Source: Squalus acanthias (taxonomy: Eukaryota). Taken from it: a stretch of 64,000 nucleotides of DNA. Of this stretch, positions 12,001 through 24,000 are shown piece by piece (the first letter of the stretch is position 1; every line of letters starts with the position of its first letter). The stretch spans positions 45,448,001-45,512,000 of the forward strand of contig CM059432.1 in assembly GCA_030390025.1 (NCBI GenBank), in the 5' to 3' direction. The translations under genes and the position numbers were made by a program. The notes below the pieces were generated by a model that saw only the letters and a list, made by a program, of their open reading frames with translations, was not told the origin of the DNA and ran no database searches.

Positions 12001-15000
12001 TTTGCAGTGAGACATCAACTGGGACTTCACCTCTCCAGACATAGTTGCAATCTAAACATGCATTAGAAAGAAGCTTTATAAGAATATTAACGAATTAGCA
12101 CTATCCGTAAATCAGAGCAAATCACCCGACCACCAAGAAGTGAATAGTAAGCATGTTCTTTGATAATTTTACCTTGCAGTGAGAAACAATTTGAAACTGA
12201 AAAATTGGACTCCTCCCCTCCCCCACCTACAACTGAGGAAAATATTTGCGTGCTGGAACCCCTCTTCTGAGACTGAAACTGAGCTCTGAACTCAATCCCG
12301 AATCGCGGGGCATTAAACAATCTCCAGCCATGCCCCCCATACCTTACCACTGATGCGACAATTGGCTCCAACCACCACCCCCCCCCCCCAACCCAGCTGA
12401 GACCAAATGAAACGCCAGCAATCCCCCCACGCACATTAATGAAGAAACCTCCATTCTCAGCATTCACACGCTAGAAACTTGTCCCCCTTAACCCCCTGCT
12501 GAGGTAAATCATTCGAATTTGTACTCTTCCCTACCCTCGATGCAATGTTGACTCCCATCTCACTCATCCCTTCTTCTCCCCCCTCCCTTGCCCTGTCTCC
12601 TTCCCCTTCCCTTTATTCTGCCCCATTCGCTCTTGCCTGTCCCTCCTCCTCTGCCTCTCCTCTCCTTGTTTCACGCTCCCCTCATTCCTTCCCTTTCTAT
12701 AGAACAAATAATCTTTAGGATAATAAATTAATTACATATTTAATTTTTCAGAATCTTTGCCAAGATTCTCTGGTGAAAAGCAAAGTTCCATTCTATTTCA
12801 TATTGTTGCAATACCTAATTCTTACCATATGACGATATTGGCAAAGCAAATAAATGTAGAAGAAATATAGTGCTGGGCTTCAAACAAACAACCAAAATAG
12901 TGGTACATTATCATGTAATTCATTGCATAATATTGGGAGCTGTGATTTTATAATTTGGTAGCTGCTGTTGAAATTAGTTGGGATGGGGCCTGAGTCACGT
13001 TATCACAGTAAAATTTTATTTAATAATAAAAACAGAAAATGCTGGAAATACTCAGCAGGTCAGGCAGCATCTGTGAAGAGAGAAACAATAACGTTTGAGG
13101 TTGATGAAAGGTCAGAAAGGCCATCAACCTGAAACATTAACTCTGTTTCTCTCTCTCTCCACAGATGCTGCCCGACCTACTGAGTATTTCCAGCATTTTC
13201 TGTTTTTATTTCAGGTTTACAGCATCTGCAGTATTTTGCTCTTGTATTAAAGTTTTCTTTAATTTGGTTCTAATTAGAAAACAGAACAGAACAAAATAAT
13301 GAAGCACTTTATTGTAACTTCCAGATGATTTTATTATGCTGCATTTTACCACTAAGCCTCATAAATTGCTGTATCCATTTTGGACTGTTGAGGATTTTGA
13401 CTGGCTTTTGGTTAGCTTAGAGAATGAACAAATAGAAATCATTTCACTATCTTGCAGGCAGCAGTTTATATGATGCAAACTCCTGAGCACACTGTGTGAC
13501 AGAATTGGAAATGATGTACTTGTTTGTGATAATATTAAATTGAACTGTGCCTGAACAAGAGACAGCTTCAGAAACCTCTTCAGTTTTTTTTTACAGTTAA
13601 GAAATAGCATCATGCATTGTATGTAAATGGACTTCTTGTTGGCAAACAAATTCTTTAACTTTTTTCATTCTGAACTTTGTAGTGAAACAAATAAATTTTG
13701 TTCCTGGCAGTTTTCCCCCACCTATTGATGAACCTAGTATCAGGCCTGGAGAGCTGGATATTACAGTAAAACCAGAAAGAAAATCGATTTTTAGAGGCAA
13801 AACATTCATCTTTTTAAATGGAAAGCAGGTAATAGTGGCATTTAGAAGAGAAACAACCTATAGTAGTATTCAAGCTACTGGTGTAAAACATTTACACAGA
13901 TTAAACATTTTTGTGTGTGAATTATTATGCAAAGAAAAAGTATCTTTAAGTAGAAGTAACTAAGTGTAGTACTGTACTTTCAATGTAAAGTTGCACCAGA
14001 TTTTTTTAAGAACATTTAAGAGTATCTTCCTACTACTGATTAGTGGGGGCATTTCCTGCAATGGCATAACCGGCAAGTTACTCCAAAATTTACGTCTTTT
14101 CATGCCAAACTTGCTCAGAAATTTCCGGTGGGTCTCATTTGTCTAAACAGGAATGTAAGAATCAGTGTAAAAACCCCAGCGTGATTTCAGTGTAACCAAT
14201 GGCGACTTGAGTGGAGTCCACTCGAAGCACCGCCTCATCGAAACATACAAGGCTCTGGCTCCAGCACTCCATTTGTCTGGTTGAACCTCCCCAGCATGTC
14301 TGGGCTCAGACCATCCCTCAAGGCTAAGTTGTGCAGAGCATTGGAACAAGAATAGGTTGTTCAGCCCCTTGAACTTGCTCCATCATTCAGTTATATCATG
14401 GCTGATCTGTATCTCAACTCCATTTACCTGCCTTAGCTCCATATCCCTTGATACCCTGACCTAACAAAAGCCTATTGATCTTGGTCTTGAAAACACAGCA
14501 GACCACGACTATCTTTGCCACTCTTTCCAGTGAGAATTGCAGCATATCCCTAGACCTGTCGAGGCACCTGAAGCATCCCTTGAGAGACCAGAGGGTACTC
14601 AACCACTGCATGATGGCTGATTGCTGCATTCTACAGTGTTATCAATTATGGTTTCAAGGGCCTTGTCACCAAAGATTCATCTGTGAACTCGCCGCTCCTG
14701 TCCAAACAAGTGTGCGATGGTGGCAAGCGATGGACTCATCAGCCCCTCCCTAGGTGCTGGGCTTTCATGTGCAAAATGTGCTGCCGGCATTGCAGGCTTT
14801 CTATACATTGAGTGAATGGAAACCTTTTCAATTGATGTAACTGCCAAGGTTCTCATTTAGAGTTTTGAGTGGCACATGTGTCCCATAGATCTCCCTCCGC
14901 GCTGTGGGGAAACCAGCGAGCCTGTAAAAATGTATGGCCCTCTTTGTTCTGCTGCCGATGTGTCATATTTGATGAACTTGAGCCTTGCGGAAGAGAGCAC

Positions 15001-18000
15001 CAGCTCTCTGGACTAGGGCGAGCATTCATGCTCTTCCTGGGCCCACAAAAATCAGAGTCACAGCTGTATATGACCTGTTCTCAGAGCAGCTTGCAGGACT
15101 GCAGGCTTGGCTGCTTAACGTTCAGCTCAATTGGGCAGAGCAGCCAAAATTGCATTGAGGTCTTGCAGATTTGCATATTTAAGTAGGCTCCTTGCCTGTT
15201 TTGGGCAGGAACACTGCTCACCTGTTTCCCGGCCCGCTACAAAAACAAGGCGGGCTGGATGTCCGCAGGAGTGGGGCAGTATGTGCTGCATTGCAATTTT
15301 CAGCATGGTACTGCCCTGTTCCTGTCTGAAAACGATCCTATAATGTTTGTAATTCCATTGATATGACATTGTTTACCCCATTAATTACTCCTGCCTTGCA
15401 TTTAAACAAACCTTTAACATACCACCTACTTGTCTTAATTTAAAGTCACTTAATTCGAATTATAAAATCATACAGCACAGAAGGAGGCCATTCAGCTCAT
15501 CGTATCTGTGCCAGCTCTTTGAAAGAGCTATCCAATTAGTCCTACTACCCTGCTCTTTCCCCATAGCCCTGCAAATTGCTCCTGTTCAAGTATATATCTA
15601 ATTCCCTTTTTTAAAGTTATTATTGAATCTGCTTCCACCACCTTTTCAGGTAGTGCATTCCAGATCATCATAACTCACTGCATTAAAAAAATTCTCATTT
15701 CCCCCTGGATCTTTTGCCAATTATCTTAAATCTGTGTCCTCTGGTTACCAACCTTCCTGCCAGTGGAAACAGTTTCTCTTATTATTATTGAATGATCTGA
15801 TGATTCAAAAATTTTAACACTAAATTCTTACTTTCCTGATAGTTCCATTGCTTAATTCAGATTACTCAATAATTCATTATTTAGCACTAAGCATGGCTTT
15901 GGTTTATGAGTAGCAGACTGTATTTTTTTTAACAAAAATATCACATCTGGTGTAATCAGGCTCCCACCAGCAGTTTATACCCTTGTATCTCTGACTGCTA
16001 TTAATGATGCATATGACTTGTCTTGCAGCAGAAGAGGCTGAGTTCTGCTCTAACGTTAGGAGGAGGAGATGCTAAACTTTTAGAGAATAGTGGTTCAAAT
16101 ACGTCGCTCCTTGAAGCACCAGGAAGCTGTGTCATTGATGTTGGGGTGTCAGATTCTCAGTCAAATTCAGCAGAAAAATGGATTGAGTCAGTGATGAGAA
16201 CTTTGCAACGGTACATACCAATCTTTATACAGAATATATTAGCCAATAGATAACAGTGGGCAGGCAGAGTCAATTCAACGATCACAGGTGATTTTTGAGG
16301 AGTTTAGGACTGATATTTCTTGGTATCCTTATGTACATTATTTTCAGAACCCATGTACCCAATGAGTGTTAGGTGTGTTAAGGAGTGACTATGGCCCGGA
16401 TTTTGCGATTGTAACTACGACAAAACTGTCAGCATTCGCTGTCTTTACTCTGTGAAACTGACAGCAACTTCTGGTGTCCGCACGTACACAGTTAAACACA
16501 CAAATCCAGAAGTTGCTGTCAGTGATTCCCTGTTGCTCCACAGGGTGCGCTGTTGAAGTCCCTGCAGAATGCAATCTTTAGAAATCACTGAACTGACGAG
16601 AACTTCCCCTTTTACGCTGTAATATCGCTGTTAAAAGCCCCTGAAAAAATTAAGCCTTTGAATGAGATGTAACTTTTTTTAGCGGCATACTAAGTTGTAA
16701 CTACTGCTGAACAACCCCTCTCGTCCTGAAAAAGTAATTTTTATAATTGTGGAATGCTGGATTTTTCCAGTATGATAAAAATTCATAGGTTTTTAATGCA
16801 ATAAAAATATTTTTTTTAAGTTTGTTTACGATATTTCAACTTCTACCTTAATCCCATGTGTATGACCCAATCTTTATTTTGCTCTGTTAAAATTTATAAA
16901 AAGTGAAAGATAATCAGTGCTTTTTACTTCCTGGTTTGCTGTCTGAGAATTCTTCAATGTGACTGGATGCTTAGCCAGCTTAATGACATCGCTGTTGCTA
17001 GATGCTGGCAATCCCCTAGACTTGGCGCCAGAATGAAATTAACGTTGGGAAAGGTGAAATCCATGCCACAGAGATTGCTAGATCTTTGTGGGCAACTTTT
17101 TTTTTAAGAGGTCGACGGCGAGCGCTGTCACTTTGCCACTGACTGCAAAATTTAGGCCAATGTATTTTTTAATCTTTCCATTTTAAAAGAAAGTGAAAAG
17201 GCCTAGTGGCTATGGCACTGGACCAGCAACCCCTGAGTTTAAATCACTCCATGGCATGTTATGAAATTGAATTTAATAAACCTGATAATTAGTGGGCCAC
17301 CCCCAGAAAAATTACCATGGAAGTTGCACATGACCCCAGCCGTACAATATGTGGTTGATTCTTAATGCCATCTAAAGTGCCCTAGAAAACTACTTAGTTG
17401 TAAAACAGCCACTACAAAATCAGAACAATAAGATTTACCCACTTAACACCTGAATATGGATTTGTATATAACTTGTTCCTTCAAAGTGCTATAGTGCTTT
17501 CATTTGTTCATTGTTGAGTATCCTTTTGGTGGTTCATATATTAACCAGAATGTTTACTGTTTGACTAGAAAAGGACTGCGTACTATACCTGAGGCAGAAA
17601 TTGGTTTAGCGGTTATTCACAACTCAACAGATATTTATTGCAACCCTCACAGAAAGCCTGATCTTGGTAAGTGTATAAAATATGTCACTAGTATGTTATT
17701 GTGTCTTATTCAGACCTGAGTTATAATGAGAAAAAGACATGCTGCGAGGGTACAGTATGTTCCAACATTTGAACATGCCTTGTATAACAATAAGTACAAT
17801 TATTTGCATCATAACTGTGATCTTAATCGTCACTGGGCCAAAATTCTGGAGTTTCCTACTTAATGCCGTCTTGGGAGCACCATCAGTACAAGGCCTGCAG
17901 CAGTTCACGAAGGCCCATATCCGATGAATAACACTAGGCACCAAGGATGCATGTTTCCTTACATTTCCATTCTGGTTTCACCTCTTTGAAGAGGTGAATT

Positions 18001-21000
18001 ATTTAGCATTTGTTTCAGTCTAGCTGAGCAAAGCATGTGGGAAATGCTGGGAAGGCTGTATTGTCTTTTTTCATGCAAAGCATTTTAGGTGTGTATGTTA
18101 TTTTACTATGGACATGATTTGAAAAAATGGGATTTTCTTACACATTTCTTTTTAGAAACTTGCTCCTCTTCAAGAACAACAATTCCAGGTCCTACGCTTT
18201 CTCAAAGCGTGGACATGGTCGACATGACTGCCCCAGATTTTTCACAAGTTACTGCATATGTACCAGACACACAACCATCACAAGAACACAGCGCAAGGTA
18301 AATAAAAAAAAAAACTTGCTTTTATATAGTAAGTACAAACTAGTGGTATGCTATATAATTGTAGGGACATATGTTCCACATGCCCACCTTTCTGTTTAGG
18401 GAGGGGGAAAGAGTTTTCTCCACGCTCCAACCTTGTTCAATGTTTCTGAATGTATTTATGTCTTCTGTTCATTGTTAAAGATAAATAGCTTTGTTATTTA
18501 ATCTTATTTACACTTTTCATTACTTTTATCAGGTCTTCCTTTTTCTCCAGTGCAAATAAGTTTAGTCACTTTCTTCATAACCTAATCCCCTCAATCCTGG
18601 TATCATCCTGGTCATTCTTCTCTGAACTCTAATGTGCCTATATCCTTTGAGGTAGGGTGACTAAAACTGCGTGCTATAGTCCAGAATGGCTTGCGTGGAG
18701 CATAAACACCGGCATGGACCAGTTGGGTCGAATGGCTGTTTCTGTGCAGTAACTTCAATGTAATTAGCCTCACCATTAATTAGTATAACTTGTTCTGATT
18801 GATCTCTGGTTGCTTCCAGTATCTGATTTGCCTTATTGATAACTGCTTAACATTGACCAGATGCTTTCAGTATATGATGAATGATCACTCCAAAATCCTT
18901 TAACTTTTTAGCCTCTGTTGGTGGAGACTCTTTCATGTCCTACAGATGTTAATTCCTTACCTGTTCCTACATGCATTACCCTATATTTATTCACATTAAA
19001 ATCAATCTGCCATATTTCAGCCAATCTACCTAATTGGTCCAATAGATCTCTTAAAAAAAACAGTAGTCACAGTAAATAGTGCATATAATGGGATGCTCAA
19101 AATTGCAGAAAGGATATTGGAGCCATGGAAAATGTGCAACATAGATTCACCAGGATGATATCAGACATTATAGCAGATATTGTTGATGACTTGTAGAAAC
19201 TAAAACTGTATTCATTGGAGCAGAGAAGGTTAAGGTGAAACCTAATAGAAGTGTTCAAAATTTTGAAAGTATTTGAGAGGGTAAATAGCAAAGTTATTTC
19301 CACTGGTTGTTGAATTGGTAACAAGGGAGCATAAATTTAGGATTAATACTCGAAGTGTAAAGGTGGAGATTAGAATATTTTTTCAGACATTACACTATGA
19401 AATAAGCTACCACAAGTGGCTATTGAAACCTGTTAAATCACATCATTTAAGAGGTGTTAGATAAACAATTGAATAAAAATATTGGAGTACAGGGAAAGGA
19501 GGAAGAAACTAGGGTTAGAAAAATAGATAGTTTTGGTGTGGATTTGGTATGGATGGGCCAAAATGTTCTCCTCCATGCTTAAATATCTGTGATTCTATAA
19601 TACCACTCTTGGTAGAATCAAGCTGAGGCTTGTGAAAAATCATCCTAGAAACATTACACAAGTATTTTATTGGTAATATATGACCTGCTTTTAAAAGAAA
19701 AAACTTATTTTAACATTTTCTCCAAATTGTACCATATTTTTTTTCCAAAAACACAGTCTTTTGCTGTTCATTTTATATGTCCTATAAGTTAATTGAAAAA
19801 TTTGCTTAATTTTTGTCTGGATTTACTACCTTGATATTAATACATATTAACTAATTAGGTTAACTAGTTTTTTAAGCAGTGTCATTGCCAGAGGTGCTTT
19901 CTAACTGAACTTCCAAATAAACACTAGATGGTGCAGTTGTCCTAATGTAGGGTCGATTGTGCCACTCAGCCCTGTCTGTATACTGTTTGTGATAGTAAAG
20001 ACTGGGAAAATGTTTTATACTGAGGAAGCTTAGACAGTACTAACAAAGAGAAAGATATGCAGTGTTTTGGAGGTCATTGCTACTTCTAACCTAAACTACT
20101 GTAATTAAATTGGAAAGAGTAAAAGAGAAATACAGAAATTTAAAAATAAACATGCACTGATCAGGTTAATCTATAATAATGATCTAATGAAAAATTAGAA
20201 TCTGTTCTCCAGTAACTGGAGAGGGGAGAACTATTTTTGACTATATCATGTAGCAATAGATAATTATTTATTGGTTGTAATTATGGGCATTCAAATATAA
20301 TTTGAATTGTTCGCATTCACTACACTGTAAATGTTATTGACTTACTGCAAGTTCATTTAAGGAGTAGGAATGTAAAATCAACATGTACAAAAGTGGCTAA
20401 CTGTAATCAAGCAGTCAAGCAAAATATTTATCTTGAATACAGAAAAATTATCCTGTTGTTTTTCCATCTTTGTGACCTTTGACTTACCTGTAGCCTTCTT
20501 CAGTGGGGAGAACACCCCTGTAGTCTCTATTCAGCAGAGAGAATGTCAGGGTGAGTAAGCCTGCTGCATGACTTCAATACCACTCTGGTCGGTATTAGTA
20601 ATGATCGGTGCACTTTGATGCAGAGTACGATGCCATGCCACTGGTTTCCCTCAGAACAATGTGATTGTGAACTGAAGAGTGGATGGAAGGTTTTATTGGT
20701 TGACTGTGGTACTCAGAACATAACAACTGCTATCTGAGGAAATATCTTACCAATTATATTTCATATTAAGTAGTAGCTTTGTTTTGAATATCTCTTCATT
20801 TGTGTATGCGTATCTATAAGCAATGCCTCGATTTTAAAATTCTCATCCTTGTTTTCAAATCCCTCCATGGTCTCATCCCTCCCTATCTCTGTAACCTCCT
20901 CCAGCCCTCCAAGATATCTGGCCTCCTGCTCATCCCCGATTTTAATCACTCCGCCATTGGCGGCTGTGCCTTCAGCTGCCAAGTCCCTAAGCTCTGGAAT

Positions 21001-24000
21001 TCCCTCCCTGAACCTCACCGCCTGTCTCCTTAAAACCTTCCTCGTTGACCAAGCTTTTGGTCATTGCCCTAATATCTCCTTATGTGGCTTGGTGTTAAAT
21101 TTTGTTTGATAATACTCCTGTGAAGTGCCTTGGGACATTTTACTACATTAAAGGCGCTATATAAATACAAGTTGTAGTTATTTATTAAAAAAATCTTACA
21201 ACACACACTTCCTGTACATTAACCTTACTTCCTGTCTCACTATTTTGAGTCATACTTTTTACGTCAAAAATGAACATGAATTTAGCTTGATTCTTCGTCT
21301 GCCCCGAGCTCCAGATCCCTTGTCTGCCCAGCAGCTGCAACCCCCAGCTAAAATCCTCATAATCTGGTCCCACTACTACGGGAAAAGACAGCTTTAGGTT
21401 TCTTGAACAGTTTTAAAAAATATCAACAAATATTTGTTTTTCATTTAAAATGTTTGTGCTCATTAAGATGAGAGATGTTATTGCTGGGGAATAGTCCAGT
21501 GTCAGCATCAAGTGTTCTCGAGTCGGGTAAACGTAGACAAATGCACAGTAAAGTTCTCTCCAATTGATTTTCATGGAAAATTGCAGATGCACACCTACAG
21601 TTTACTGATATGCATGGCTAGTGAGCGAGACTCTTTGCCAGATGCATCTGAAAACCAATATCCAGATTTGGAGTCATTAGTGGAGAGGGGCTGGATCCAG
21701 GAGCAGTTTGACGTGTAAAATATCAGCTGAGGCAATGGTGGAGGTTTTCCAGTTGATTCAGGGGCTGAGGAGGAGTGGAAAGCCAACCATGAGCCAACCG
21801 AGTTTGATCCTTGGGTGCAGCGGAGTTGTGTAATGATCTCGGATGTTAGTGTGTACCTGTTGATCTGGGGAATCAGCAGAGGAGCATGGAGCAGTGGGAG
21901 TGAAGATCGTGGAGCCAAGACGTGGGATCAGTGCAGATGAGACTCTCTCCAGTATAACCACAACCTTCCACCTCAGCAAACAAACTGACAATTTTACAAA
22001 TAAAATTCTATTTTTTTAATTTATTTATATAATGCATCATGCAAATTATATTGAACACATACAACTATTATATATAAAAAAACATAGTGAGTGGTCTCAA
22101 GATCTCAAAGGTAATGCGGCTGTAGGTGGTGCTCATAATGTTATTTGACCAATTATTCACAATTAGGCTGCACTTAGTGTAACGTTAAAACCACTAAGTG
22201 CAAGATTTTGACTGCAAATGTCTCCGCCCCTGCCTCAGCCCATCCGCTGCTGAAATCCTCATCCATGCCTTTGTTACCTCTAGACTTGACTATTCCAACG
22301 CACTCCTGGCTAGCCTCCCACATTCTACCCTACGTAAACTTGAGGTCATCCAAAACTCGGCTGCCCATGTCCTAACTCGCACCAAATCCTGTTCACCCAT
22401 CACCCCTGTGCTGCTCGCTGACCTACATTGGCTCCCGGTTAAGCAGGGTCTCGATTTCAAAATTCTCTTCCTTGTTTTCAAATCCCTCCATAGCCTCGCC
22501 CCTCCCTATCTCTGTAATCTCCTTCAGCTCCGCAACCCCCGAGATATCTGCGCTCCTCTAATTCTGCCCTCTTGAGCATCCCTGATTATAATTGCTCAAC
22601 CTTTGGTGGCCGTGCCTTCTGTTGCCTCAGCCCTAAGCTCTGGAATTCCCTGCCTAAACCTCTCTGCCTCGCTACCTCTCTTTCCTCCTTTAAGACGCTC
22701 CTTAAAACCTACCTCTTTGACCAAGCTTTTGGTCACCTGCCCTAATTTATCCTCAAGTGGCTCAGTGTCAAATTTTTGGTCTTATAATACTCCTGTGAAG
22801 CGTCTTGGGAAGGTTTTACTACGTTAAAGGTGCTATATAAATACAAGTTGTTGTTGTTGCAAATCTCAAATCCCTCCCCTTTGCTGCATTTCCCTCTTTC
22901 TTCCCCACCCCCACCCCCACCCCCACCCCCACCCCCACTGGCTGAAGTTGCCCCTCACAGGCTACACCTACCAGGTTTTATTTCCCCTTTAACAGTAACT
23001 TCCCATCCCCAACTGGCTGTATTTCTTCTCCCATGAATGCCTCAATGCTCATGCCTCACTGATCTGAATTCCTCTTCCTCAGTCCTCCTACTCCCAGTCC
23101 CCTCCTTTCCTCCTCCCCTGTTTCTTTCTTTACGATCCTTTTTTCCCCTCCCTGCCCTTATCCTCCACCAGACTCATGGTTGATAAGTGGATAACCTGTG
23201 TCCAGTGAATTGCTCGTAAACCCTTTGTAATTGGCCATTGTAAGTTGTGGAAATGTTGAGTTTATCTTGCAAATGTAATTATTTTTCTACTCCTCCGCCA
23301 TCACACTTTCTCCAGATTTGCTCAGCTGCATTGGCAAATACACTGCTATAAGTCCATGTTCCTACTAGTTTGGCACAGTGTATTAGTATGCCAGCATGCA
23401 GTGGCACGAAACATGTAGCTCAATGCATGACACACTACAGTAACAACACAAAAATTAGAGGTTTTTCATGTATGCATTTGGAATTTTTTTGGGGTGGGAT
23501 TATGAGGTTTGTGCTTCTACTGAGTAGGTACAGATGGGGAAAATGTTTCACTTTGATAGTGAAGTAATTTAGAAATATACTTGGCCATTGCTAAAGATTG
23601 TATCAAACACTGTCAAATTTTGTTACAGAATGAACATAAGTAGCACGCAAGTGGTAAAAGAAACACTTGAAAAGGAAGAGGAAAGCAAAATGGTATCCCA
23701 GGATATTTCTGCAGTAAAGGAAACATCCAGCAGGAGGCTGTTACTCTCAACAGATGAAAGACAGAAGTTTAAGAACAAAGAAGAAAAGAGTCAAACGTTT
23801 GCCACTGTTGACAAAAAGCCATCCACAACAACAAAACTCAAGAATGTTAAAAAGAAAGACAACATCTGTTCACAAAAGCAATCCCTCTCACTGCATGACT
23901 TCTTTCAGCCAGTGGGAAGAAAAAGGTGAAACTTTAGAATATTAAAAAGGATACCTAATGAAACCTTTAATGGTGCTTTTCCCTTTAGTAGTATAGTCAT

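Noticed and set aside
11860..12700. 126-aa ORF (12087-12467) and pyrimidine-rich tract
   Set aside because: No recognisable motif or splice support; low complexity.
21480..21990. GC-balanced island as a hidden exon or ncRNA (similar patches at about 25030-25270, 38720-39100 and 44490-44740)
   Set aside because: The NBN frame is complete without it. The patches look like decayed ancient SINEs whose family I cannot assign confidently.
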